The notes under the pieces: generated by a model
What the model was told of the DNA's origin: nothing
What the model saw: the letters and a program-made list of their open reading frames with translations, nothing else
The model's database searches: none
NCBI GenBank assembly: GCA_942490825.1
Contig: CALNYG010000013.1
Location: forward strand, 189,359-253,358
Direction: 5' to 3'
Origin: Candidatus Moraniibacteriota bacterium
GTDB lineage: Bacteria; Patescibacteriota; Minisyncoccia; Moranbacterales; GCA-2747515
DNA length: 64,000 nucleotides
Position numbers and translations under genes: made by a program
In this document: piece after piece, positions 20,380-28,609 of the stretch
Layout of the letters: each line of letters starts with the position of its first letter
Numbering within the stretch: the stretch's first letter is position 1

Positions 20380-23013
20380 ATGAACAAGAAAATCAGAAAT
20401 AAGTTTATTTTAGTAGTACTTTTCGCAGTATTAATGGGAGGAATCGCAACACCAAGAATACCGTATTTACCAGAAAAAGCACAGAGCTATTTAGATAAGT
20501 TCAAAATAAATTTAGGATTAGATTTACAAGGAGGACTACATCTCGAATACGAAATGGATTTATCACAAGTTCCTGATGACAAAAAGAAAGACGCAATCGA
20601 TGCAGTACAAGCAGTCGTAGAAAGGCGAGTAAATGCTTACGGAGTCGGAGAACCAGTTGTTCAACACGCAAAAAGAGGTGAACAAAATTTTCTTATCGTA
20701 GAATTTCCTGGTGCAGAAGATGTTGAAGATGTAAAAAATGTAATTGATAAAACACCATTTTTACAGTTTAGAGAAGAAAAAAACGAAGAAGAATTAAAGA
20801 CTGACGAGGAGATTTTTGTGTCTGTTAATGAGCAGGTCAGAACAGCGGCACAAGAGACATTAGATAAAATAAACAATGGAGAAAATTTTGATGATATTTA
20901 TAATGAACAAAGTCAAGGATTTGGAATTACAGATGAAGATTTAACATTTACAGAAAAAGGCTTATTACCAGCTGAAATAGAAAATGTAGTTTTTGCTGAT
21001 GAAATGGCAGACAATTCAGTCCATAGAGATTTAATTGAGACAGATCAAGGATTTTTTATTGTCAAAAAGTTAGAGACACAAGGTGAAGGCGATGAAAAAA
21101 AGGTGAAAATTAAACCTTTAAGCTTTGGTAAACAATCACCTGAAATGTATGATGAATTTAAATATAAAGCTACTGATTTAGATGGAAAACATTTAGAACG
21201 AGCCGATGTTAGTTTTTCTGGTGGGGGAGTTGGGATAGGATCTCCGAGTGTTAGTTTGCAATTTGATGATGAAGGAACAAAACTTTTTGCGGAGATTACT
21301 AAAAGAAACTTAAATAAAACAGTTGCTATTTTTCTTAAATATGGCGATGATCCAGAAGAATTAGTCAGTGCACCAGTTGTAAATGATGAAATTACAACAG
21401 GTCAGGCAGTGATTAGCGGAAACTTTACAATAGAAGAGGCAAAAGAATTAACAAAGAGGCTGAATGAAGGAGCGTTGCCAATTCCGATTAAATTAGTTTC
21501 GCAACAAAGTATCGGAGCATCTTTAGGGTTAGAATCTTTGGCGATGGGATTGAAAGCAGGAATGATTGGATTGATTTTTACCATGATTTACATGATTCTT
21601 TATTATCGTGTGTTTGGAATTGTGGCATCAGTAGCTTTGATAATCTATGCTTCAACTATTGTTTCGATTTTTAAAATTTCTGGAACAATGCCTCAGGGGA
21701 TGGCAATTACATTAACTTTAGCGGGAATTGCGGGACTTATTCTTTCAATTGGTATGGCGGTTGATGCTAACGTTTTGATTTTTGAAAGAATTAAGGAAGA
21801 ATTAAAAAAAGGTAAATCTTTAAAATCTGCAGTAAATGAAGGGTTTGAAAGAGCTTGGTCATCTATTCGTGATGGTAATTATTCTACAATTATTACATCT
21901 TTTATTTTAATGACGGTTGGAGCTGGTTTTGTAAAAGGTTTTGCATTGATTTTGATTATTGGTGTTTTGATTTCGATGTTTACAGCAATTGTTTTAGTAC
22001 GAATTATTGCTCAGTTTATTTCTAGAGACTGGCTTGAAAATAATACTTGGTTAATTTTTGGATTTAGGAAAAGGGCTAAAGTTGAAAATACTGAAGAAAA
22101 GAAATTTTTGCAAATTCTCGACAAGAGAAAATTTACTTATATTTTTTCAGTAATATTAATTGGAATAAGTATTTTTTCACTTTCAAATTGGGGGTTGAAG
22201 TTAGGAATTGATTTTGTGGGTGGAACTTTGGCTGAGTTTAAAATTTCAGAAGGAATTGAGGCACCAGATACTGAAAAAATTTGCCAATCGTTAGGTGATG
22301 GTGAATGTAATGAAAGTTTTACTTCGCAAAAGAGTGATGATAACCATATTATTATTCGATATAAACAATCAAGTGAAGAATTTAATCAAAAAGTTTTGAC
22401 AGCAGTAAAAGAGATTGACCCTAATGCTGAACAGCTACGAACTGACTTTATCGGTGCAACAATTTCTGATCAGTTAAAAAATGGAGCAGTTAAGGCTATT
22501 ATACTATCTGTGGTGGCTATCTTACTTTTCATTGCTTGGTCTTTTCGAAAAGTTTCTTATCCTGTTTCTTCTTGGAATTATGGTTTGGGAGCGGTATTGG
22601 CGTTGGCTCATGATGTTATTATTGTGTTGGGAGCGTTTGCATTTTTGGGTTATTTTTATGATATTGAAGTCGGAGTTCCTTTTATCGCAGCATTGCTTAC
22701 GATTTTAGGTTATTCAGTTAATGATACGATTGTGGTTTATGATCGTGTTCGAGAGAATGTTATTCGTACTCGAGAGACTGGTGATTTTGAGAAATTGTTG
22801 AATCGTTCACTAAATGAGTCTTTGGCGAGATCTTTAAATACTTCACTTACTGTTGTGGTTGTGTTGATTTCTGTTATTTTGTTTGGCGGTGAATCTTTGC
22901 AGAGTTTTGCGATTGCGATGTTAGTTGGTGTGGTAGCAGGAACTTATTCGTCTATGTTTGTAGCAACGGCTTTTATTGCTAGTGTTTTTAGATATAAGAA
23001 AAATAAGCAGTAA
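20380..23013 (+). CDS. secDF: protein translocase subunit SecDF fusion with an extra periplasmic insert
   Basis: SecD motifs LGLDLQGG and SIGASLG with 6 TM helices. The SecF part (GIDFVGG) adds 6 more TM helices in one 877-aa ORF. Confidence 0.9.
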   Translation: MNKKIRNKFILVVLFAVLMGGIATPRIPYLPEKAQSYLDKFKINLGLDLQGGLHLEYEMDLSQVPDDKKKDAIDAVQAVVERRVNAYGVGEPVVQHAKRGEQNFLIVEFPGAEDVEDVKNVIDKTPFLQFREEKNEEELKTDEEIFVSVNEQVRTAAQETLDKINNGENFDDIYNEQSQGFGITDEDLTFTEKGLLPAEIENVVFADEMADNSVHRDLIETDQGFFIVKKLETQGEGDEKKVKIKPLSFGKQSPEMYDEFKYKATDLDGKHLERADVSFSGGGVGIGSPSVSLQFDDEGTKLFAEITKRNLNKTVAIFLKYGDDPEELVSAPVVNDEITTGQAVISGNFTIEEAKELTKRLNEGALPIPIKLVSQQSIGASLGLESLAMGLKAGMIGLIFTMIYMILYYRVFGIVASVALIIYASTIVSIFKISGTMPQGMAITLTLAGIAGLILSIGMAVDANVLIFERIKEELKKGKSLKSAVNEGFERAWSSIRDGNYSTIITSFILMTVGAGFVKGFALILIIGVLISMFTAIVLVRIIAQFISRDWLENNTWLIFGFRKRAKVENTEEKKFLQILDKRKFTYIFSVILIGISIFSLSNWGLKLGIDFVGGTLAEFKISEGIEAPDTEKICQSLGDGECNESFTSQKSDDNHIIIRYKQSSEEFNQKVLTAVKEIDPNAEQLRTDFIGATISDQLKNGAVKAIILSVVAILLFIAWSFRKVSYPVSSWNYGLGAVLALAHDVIIVLGAFAFLGYFYDIEVGVPFIAALLTILGYSVNDTIVVYDRVRENVIRTRETGDFEKLLNRSLNESLARSLNTSLTVVVVLISVILFGGESLQSFAIAMLVGVVAGTYSSMFVATAFIASVFRYKKNKQ

Positions 23014-23028
23014 AAAGCTGTAAAGTTT

Positions 23029-23088
23029 CCTGTCATTCTGAACGCAATAAATTTATCGCAGATAAATTTATGAAGTGAAGAATCCCCC
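23029..23088 (+). repeat. A-family palindromic unit A1
   Basis: cctgtcattctgaacgca + hairpin ataaatttatc-gca-gataaatttat + gaagtgaagaatccccc. Confidence 0.9.
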
Positions 23089-23114
23089 AAAGAGAATCAC
23101 AAAACCAAAAATTT

Positions 23115-23399
23115 ATGGAAAAAACCTATTACGTTTATATTGCAACAAATAAATGGAATACAGTTTTATACACGGGAGCAACGAGTAATTTAGAAAATAG
23201 AATTTATCAACATAAAAATAAAATAATAAAAGGTTTTACAAGTAAACATAATATTTATAAATTAGTTTATTATGAAACCTTTTCAAATCCTGATGATGCG
23301 ATATTAGCTGAAAAGAAAATAAAAGGTTGGACGAGAAAAAAGAAAATTGATCTCATTGAAAAAGAAAATTCAAAATGGGAGGATTTGAGTGTAATTTAA
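23115..23399 (+). CDS. GIY-YIG (URI-domain) nuclease family protein, 94 aa
   Basis: YYVYIATNK...VLYTGATSNLENRIYQHK...YYE core. Confidence 0.85.
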   Translation: MEKTYYVYIATNKWNTVLYTGATSNLENRIYQHKNKIIKGFTSKHNIYKLVYYETFSNPDDAILAEKKIKGWTRKKKIDLIEKENSKWEDLSVI

Positions 23400-23419
23400 A
23401 AGGTTCGTGTTTCTTTTTT

Positions 23420-23479
23420 GGGGGATTCTTCACTTCTTTATTTTTTTAACAAAAAAATAAATCCGTTCAGAATGACGGG
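23420..23479 (-). repeat. A-family unit A2 (inverted)
   Basis: gggggattcttcacttc + hairpin tttattttttt-aac-aaaaaaataaa + tccgttcagaatgacggg. Confidence 0.9.
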
Positions 23480-23534
23480 TAAATTTGAATGATTTATAAT
23501 AATTTAAAATTAATTAACAATTAAATTAAAAAAT

Positions 23535-23924
23535 ATGGGAATAAAAGATTTATTTAAAAAGAAAAAAGATCAAAATATTGATCCAGTACAGGCTCAAAAG
23601 AAGATGCAATCGATGATGGGCGGGCAACAGATGCCAGAAATTACTGATGAAATGATTGACCAAATGTTAGCAGGGGATATGCCAGGAATGCCGAAATTAG
23701 GAATGATGCAAAAGATGGCGATCAAAGGTTTGAAAAAAATGAGTTCAGAAAAACGTCAGGAAGTTTTTGCTCAGGCTTTTGGTAAGATGGGTGAGAAGGG
23801 TGGCGAGAGTAAAGAGGAAATGTTAAAGCAAGTTGAAGAAATGCGTGCGAATGGACAATTGAATTCTAAGCAATATAAGATTTCACTAAAGAGAATTGAA
23901 CAGATGTTTAAAGGAAAAAATTAA
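23535..23924 (+). CDS. hypothetical Met/Gln/Lys-rich protein
   Basis: 129-aa ORF of low-complexity M-rich sequence (MMGGQQMPE, GDMPGMPKLGMMQKM). No family recognised. Confidence 0.5.
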   Translation: MGIKDLFKKKKDQNIDPVQAQKKMQSMMGGQQMPEITDEMIDQMLAGDMPGMPKLGMMQKMAIKGLKKMSSEKRQEVFAQAFGKMGEKGGESKEEMLKQVEEMRANGQLNSKQYKISLKRIEQMFKGKN

Positions 23925-23931
23925 CTTAAGT

Positions 23932-23967
23932 AAAAAAAGAGCATCACAGGAGTCGATGCTCTTTTTC
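23932..23967. terminator. bidirectional terminator shared by 23535-23924 (+) and 23976-24098 (-)
   Basis: Stem agagcatc/gatgctct, flanked by an A-run on the left and a T-run on the right. Confidence 0.6.
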
Positions 23968-23975
23968 GTGACGCT

Positions 23976-24098
23976 CTACTTGTTCAGTAGATATAGCATA
24001 AGCCCTCCAAATATTAAACCGGGAAACCCAACCATGGGAATAGAAAATCCCCAAACTATCAAGAAAACAAACCCTATATTTAATAAATTCTTCCCCAT
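23976..24098 (-). CDS. unlisted 40-aa hydrophobic peptide (MGKNLLNIGFVFLIVWGFSIPMVGFPGLIFGGLMLYLLNK)
   Basis: Below the ORF-track length cutoff. AGGAGG (24104-24109) lies 5 nt before the ATG. The stop is followed by the 23932-23967 hairpin. Confidence 0.45.
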   Translation of the reverse strand: MGKNLLNIGFVFLIVWGFSIPMVGFPGLIFGGLMLYLLNK

Positions 24099-24185
24099 TT
24101 TTTCCTCCTAATGATTTTGACTTTTCTCGAGATTGGAAAATTTTTTAAACAAAAAATCAATATTTAATTTTAAATTATTATTATT

Positions 24186-25112
24186 ATGTCAAGCGTAATT
24201 TTTAAAAATCCAAAAATATTTGTCATAATTTTAAATTATAATGGCGGAAAAGATTTATTAAAAACCATTGAAAGTGTGGTTGAATCAGATTATTTAAACT
24301 TAGAAATAATTTTGGTGGATAATAATTCTTCTGATGATTCTTTAAATTTAGCTAAACAATGGGTTGCAACCCATTGTTCAAGTGAGAATAAATTTCCAAA
24401 AGTTCACTTTATTAAAAATAAAAAAAATTTAGGATTTGGAGCCGGGAATAATATTGGAATAAAATATGCTTTTGAGAATGGTGCGGATTTTGTTTTTCTT
24501 TTAAATAATGACGCTTTAGTTCAAGAAAATACAATTTCTAATTTAGTTGATTCTATTAAGAACGAAAAAAATATTGGATTAGTAAGTCCTATAATTTATT
24601 CAGATTTAGATTACAAAAAAGTTTGGTTTTCTGGTGGAAAAATAAATTGGTGGAAAATGCGAGCGGAACATGTTCAGTATTTGACTGAACAAGGGGTCAT
24701 GACCCCTTGTTCAAATGATAATAACGTTATTCAATCAGATTTTATAACAGGTTGTGCAATGTTGATTAGTCGGGATATTTTTGAAAAAGTCGGATTATTT
24801 GATGAAAATATTTTTCTTTATTATGAAGATACTGATTTGTCTTTGCGAGTGAAAAAAGCTGATTTAAGAAATTTAGTTGTTGCAAGTTCAAAAGTTTTTC
24901 ATGCAGAGAAAAGTGAGGAAAATCAATCCAAAAAAATTTATTGGTTGGTTCTGTCAGGAGTTTATTTTTTTAAAAAACACGCAAAAGACTTTTGGAAAAT
25001 TTATTTGAGTATTTATTTATTTTTGCGAAAGTTTAAGAATTTTTTAGATGCGAAGTTTCGACCGAATGAGGTGAATTTGGCGGTTGAGAGGGCTTATGGA
25101 GACATTGATTGA
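24186..25112 (+). CDS. glycosyltransferase family 2
   Basis: IFVIILNYNG, LVDNNSSDDS, LLNNDA, YYEDTDLSLR. Confidence 0.8.
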   Translation: MSSVIFKNPKIFVIILNYNGGKDLLKTIESVVESDYLNLEIILVDNNSSDDSLNLAKQWVATHCSSENKFPKVHFIKNKKNLGFGAGNNIGIKYAFENGADFVFLLNNDALVQENTISNLVDSIKNEKNIGLVSPIIYSDLDYKKVWFSGGKINWWKMRAEHVQYLTEQGVMTPCSNDNNVIQSDFITGCAMLISRDIFEKVGLFDENIFLYYEDTDLSLRVKKADLRNLVVASSKVFHAEKSEENQSKKIYWLVLSGVYFFKKHAKDFWKIYLSIYLFLRKFKNFLDAKFRPNEVNLAVERAYGDID

Positions 25113-25158
25113 ATGTAATTTTAGGATAGTTGGGTTTGTGAATTTTGTGTTTTTCTGT

Positions 25159-25218
25159 GGGGGATTCTTCACTTCATAAATTTATCTGCGATAAATTTAT
25201 TACGTTCAGAATGACAGG
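25159..25218 (-). repeat. A-family unit A3 (inverted; 59/60 identical to the reverse complement of A1)
   Basis: gggggattcttcacttcataaatttatctgcgataaatttattacgttcagaatgacagg. Confidence 0.9.
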
Positions 25219-25281
25219 TTAATTTATCGGAATTTTTATGATCATAATAATATGGCAAATTCTAGATTTTCTTTTAGTTGA

Positions 25282-25301
25282 AAAGCCTGTGCGGCGAGCA
25301 C
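25282..25301 (+). repeat. GC-rich 20-mer, copy 2
   Basis: aaagcctgtgcggcgagcac followed by a T-rich run. Confidence 0.9.
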
Positions 25302-25356
25302 TTTATTTTTTTTAAAAATTAAAATATTAGTTTTAAGTAACTTTTGTAGAGAACAA

Positions 25357-25385
25357 TTGACATTTTCGGTTAAATAGATTAAAAT
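25357..25385 (+). promoter_or_regulatory. candidate rpsB-tsf promoter
   Basis: TTGACA-N17-TAAAAT, about 110 nt upstream of the rpsB ATG. The leader contains hairpin cctgtctaatt-tta-aattagataagg. Confidence 0.5.
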
Positions 25386-25493
25386 TATTAAATAAATCAA
25401 GTGTATACTTTAACAAACCAGTCCTGTCTAATTTTAAATTAGATAAGGTTTGTAGCGAAAAAGTGTACATGTTTAATTATTAAGGATAAATTT

Positions 25494-26265
25494 ATGACTA
25501 CTGAAAAAGTGGTAAAAAAAGCTGAAACTTCAAAGAAAGAAGTTTCAAAAGAAGTAAAAGAAGTAAAAACAAATGTTTTTGCTGATTTTGACTTTGATTC
25601 ATTAGAATTAACAATGCCTACATTATTGAGGGCAGGAGCGCATTTTGGGCATCAAAAATCGCGTCGTAATCCAAAAATGAGTCCGTTTATTTATACGACA
25701 AGAAATAATATTAATATTATTGATTTAGCTAAAACTGTTGAGTTGATGAAAGAGAGTTTAGATTTTCTAGCAAAGGTAAAGGAAAGTGGAAAACAAATTG
25801 TTTTTATTGGAACAAAAAAACAAGCTCAACCATTAGTGGTTGCAGTAGCTGAAATGACAAAAAACCCTTATGTTATTGAAAGGTGGTTAGGAGGAACTTT
25901 TACAAACTTTTCTAATCTTAGAAAGAGAGTTCGATATATGACTAGTTTGAAGGTTCAGATGGAGACTGGTGAACTTAAAAAATATACAAAATTTGAACAA
26001 GCAAAAAAGAAAGAAGAATTTGAAAAGCTTGATCGTCGAATGGGTGGTTTAACTGATATGCGAGATCTTCCGGGAGCAATTTTTGTAACAGATGTTGAAG
26101 CTGATAAATTAGCAATTAAAGAGGCTAAAAAAGTAGGGTACAGTTGTTGCAATTACTGATACGAATGTTAATCCAGATGAAGTTGATTATTTAATACCTG
26201 CTAATGATGATGCTGTTTCTTCATTGAAATTCATTCTTGCACATGTTTGCAAGATTTTAAAATAA
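25494..26265 (+). pseudogene. rpsB: 30S ribosomal protein S2, reading frame broken near 26137-26142 (true frameshift or assembly error)
   Basis: The first frame gives LLRAGAHFGHQ...IKEAKKVG, then nonsense and a stop at 26159. The +1 frame from 26137 gives [27 protein letters not shown], the normal S2 C-terminus, ending at 26265. Confidence 0.85.
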
Positions 26266-26286
26266 GTATTTAAAATAAAATTAGTT

Positions 26287-27018
26287 ATGAGTGTACTTGA
26301 ACAAGTTAAAAAATTAAGAGAAAAAACCGGAGCTGGTATTATTGATGTTAAAAAGGCATTAGATGAGGCTGGTGGAGATGAATCAAAGGCTTTAGAAATT
26401 TTAAAGAAAAAAGGTCAGGATAAAGCAATGAAAAAATCTGATCGTGTTGCTGGAGAAGGTGTGATTGGAATGTATGTTCATTCAAATCAAAAAACTGGAG
26501 TAATGGTTAAAATTTTATGTGAAACTGATTTTGTAGCACGCAATGAAGATTTTATTGCATTTGCTCGTGATATTGCTATGCACATTACAGCTATGAACCC
26601 AAGTGTTTTGAGTTATAAAGATTTGGATGTTACTGAAGTTGAAAAAGAAACTGAAGGTGCTATTGCTAAGGTTAAGGATGAAAATATTGAACTTGAGAGA
26701 TTAAAAAAACCTTTGAAAAATATTCCTCAGTTTATCAGTCGATCTCAAATTACTGATGAAATTATGGAAAAAATTACGGAAGATATTAAGGCTGAATTGA
26801 AAAAAGAAGGAAAACCAGAGGAGATTTGGGATAAAATTCTTCCAGGCAAACTAGAAAGATTTATTGAAGATAATACTTCTTATGATCGAGAAAACGCTCT
26901 TTTATCGCAAGGCTTCGCTAAAGATCCAGAAAAGACAGTCCAAGATGTTTTAACTGAGATTACTGCTAAAATTGGTGAAAAAATAGAGATCGGTGATTTT
27001 ACACGTTTTGAAATATAA
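26287..27018 (+). CDS. tsf: translation elongation factor Ts
   Basis: UBA-like VKKLREKTGAGIIDVKKAL and the core CETDFVARNEDF. Lies directly after rpsB. Confidence 0.9.
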   Translation: MSVLEQVKKLREKTGAGIIDVKKALDEAGGDESKALEILKKKGQDKAMKKSDRVAGEGVIGMYVHSNQKTGVMVKILCETDFVARNEDFIAFARDIAMHITAMNPSVLSYKDLDVTEVEKETEGAIAKVKDENIELERLKKPLKNIPQFISRSQITDEIMEKITEDIKAELKKEGKPEEIWDKILPGKLERFIEDNTSYDRENALLSQGFAKDPEKTVQDVLTEITAKIGEKIEIGDFTRFEI

Positions 27019-27063
27019 AGTGTGATATAATTAAAATAGAGTTTTAATAACTACAAACTTATT

Positions 27064-27822
27064 ATGTTTATTAATTTGATCGTTCCTCCGATTATAATTG
27101 TAGTGGCTATAGCATTGCTAATTATGTTTTTGGCTCGTGTGATACCTAAATCGGAGAATGAGGCTAGAGAAAGACAATTAAAGAAACGTGATAAACCAAA
27201 TTCTAAGAAAGAAGAAAGGTCTATGTTCAGTAAAAAGGTCATTGATGATGAAGAAAAAGCCGAACAGGGGGAGGGGTCGGAACTAGAAAATGTCTATAAT
27301 AACTCAAAAAAAGAGGTTAATGAAAATGTAACTACTGATACCTCGCTTGTTTCTGGTAAGTTTACAGCTGGGTCAAGGTTTAAAAAGAAAGTAGGAAAAA
27401 ATAAGAAAAAAGGTGGTTTTGGAAAATTTTTTAGTAAAATAAACTTTTTAAAGAAAAAGATAAATAAGGGAAGAGTTGTTTTGCCAGGAATTAATCGTGT
27501 TGATGGAATAAAAAGGATCAATTCATCTGTGAGTTTTACACAAAACAATGAGGAAAGTCTTTCAAGGATGGATAAGATTTTATTGGATAGTCGTAATCTT
27601 ACAAAGGATCCAAATTCTTCTAATAAAGAAGAATCTGAGCTAGTAAGGCAAATAAGTGTTGATCCACGGAATTCAGAATCTTATAGACGTTTAGGTGATT
27701 TTTATGTTGAGAGCGATCGTTTAACTGACGCTAGAGAGTGTTATAAATATGTTTTACGGTTAGATCCAAGGCATAAACGAGCGCAATTAGCGATGAGAAG
27801 ATTGGATAGGATTTTAGGTTAA
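27064..27822 (+). CDS. membrane-anchored Lys-rich protein with a C-terminal TPR-like repeat
   Basis: N-terminal TM helix. TPR-like segment YRRLGDFYVESDRLTDARECYKYVLRLDPRH. Confidence 0.5.
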   Translation: MFINLIVPPIIIVVAIALLIMFLARVIPKSENEARERQLKKRDKPNSKKEERSMFSKKVIDDEEKAEQGEGSELENVYNNSKKEVNENVTTDTSLVSGKFTAGSRFKKKVGKNKKKGGFGKFFSKINFLKKKINKGRVVLPGINRVDGIKRINSSVSFTQNNEESLSRMDKILLDSRNLTKDPNSSNKEESELVRQISVDPRNSESYRRLGDFYVESDRLTDARECYKYVLRLDPRHKRAQLAMRRLDRILG

Positions 27823-27848
27823 AGATATTCTTTAAATTTTTTCTGTAA

Positions 27849-27877
27849 GTAGAGACAAGGCACTGCCTTGTCTCTAC
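27849..27877 (+). terminator. perfect 13-bp hairpin after the gene ending at 27822
   Basis: gtagagacaaggc-act-gccttgtctctac. No clear T-run. Confidence 0.4.
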
Positions 27878-27911
27878 GAATCAGAAAATAATTTGATTTA
27901 TTTTTATTTTT

Positions 27912-27920
27912 TGGTATAAT
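27912..27920 (+). promoter_or_regulatory. extended -10 element upstream of the tRNA cluster
   Basis: TGgTATAAT, 30 nt before tRNA-Thr. Confidence 0.45.
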
Positions 27921-27949
27921 TATTTGAGTAAGTTATTTTTTGTATCTAA

Positions 27950-28022
27950 GCCTTCCTAGCTCAATTGGTAGAGCAACTGTTTTGTAAACAGTAGGTTATC
28001 GGTTCAAGTCCGTTGGAAGGCT
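27950..28022 (+). tRNA. tRNA-Thr (anticodon UGU)
   Basis: Hand-folded cloverleaf. Acceptor gccttcc/ggaaggc; anticodon arm actgt-tttgtaa-acagt; T-loop ttcaagt. Confidence 0.85.
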
Positions 28023-28048
28023 CATTTATTTTTTTAGAAAAGTAAATT

Positions 28049-28381
28049 ATGGAATTTAAAAAAGTGGCTGAAAGAGCAATGGAGATTAGAGAGGGATATG
28101 CAGATGTTCAAAAAATTGAAAGTGGTAATAGGTGGACGGGAGCACAAATGGCACAGGGGTTTGTTGGAGATGTCGGGGATTTGATGAAGATAATTATGGC
28201 TAAGGATGGTTTAAGGAATGTTGAGGGTGATATTGATGATAAGTTAAAACATGAGTTAGCGGATTGTTTATGGAGCGTTTTGGTTTTAGCGAATGAATAT
28301 GAAATTGATCTGGAGAAGGAATTTTTTAGTACAATGGATAGTTTAGAAAAGAGAATAGAAAAGGTTAAGTTGAAAAAGTAA
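28049..28381 (+). CDS. MazG-like nucleotide pyrophosphohydrolase domain protein
   Basis: All-alpha 110-aa protein with FVGDVGDLMK and HELADCLWSVLVLANEYEIDLE. Confidence 0.75.
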   Translation: MEFKKVAERAMEIREGYADVQKIESGNRWTGAQMAQGFVGDVGDLMKIIMAKDGLRNVEGDIDDKLKHELADCLWSVLVLANEYEIDLEKEFFSTMDSLEKRIEKVKLKK

Positions 28382-28386
28382 TATTA

Positions 28387-28469
28387 GGGCGAATGGCAGA
28401 GTGGTCAAATGCATCTGACTGTAAATCAGACGACTTCGGTCTACGGGGGTTCAAATCCCTCTTCGCCCA
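28387..28469 (+). tRNA. tRNA-Tyr (anticodon GUA), long variable arm
   Basis: Acceptor gggcgaa/ttcgccc; anticodon arm tctga-ctgtaaa-tcaga; long variable arm; T-loop ttcaaat. Confidence 0.85.
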
Positions 28470-28489
28470 CATTAATTGGTTTTGTTCTT

Positions 28490-28562
28490 GCCCACGTAGC
28501 TCAGCTGGTAGAGCATTTCCATGGTAAGGAAAAGGTCAGCAGTTCAAATCTGCTCGTGGGCT
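28490..28562 (+). tRNA. tRNA-Thr (anticodon GGU)
   Basis: Acceptor gcccacg/cgtgggc; anticodon arm tttcc-atggtaa-ggaaa; T arm agcag-ttcaaat-ctgct. Confidence 0.85.
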
Positions 28563-28609
28563 CATTTCTTTTATGGAGTTGAATTTTTGAAAATTAGTGT
28601 GTGAAAAAT

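Larger units (their letters stand above)
23029..23479 (+). mobile_element. GIY-YIG gene bracketed by inverted 60-nt A-units (putative selfish cassette, filled site)
   Basis: A1 (23029-23088) and A2 (23420-23479) are inverted copies flanking the 285-nt ORF. Confidence 0.5.

Noticed and set aside
23896-24111. 71-aa plus-strand ORF in the ORF track
   Set aside because: It reads through the bidirectional terminator hairpin and has no start signals. The minus strand carries a better-supported 40-aa ORF with AGGAGG.
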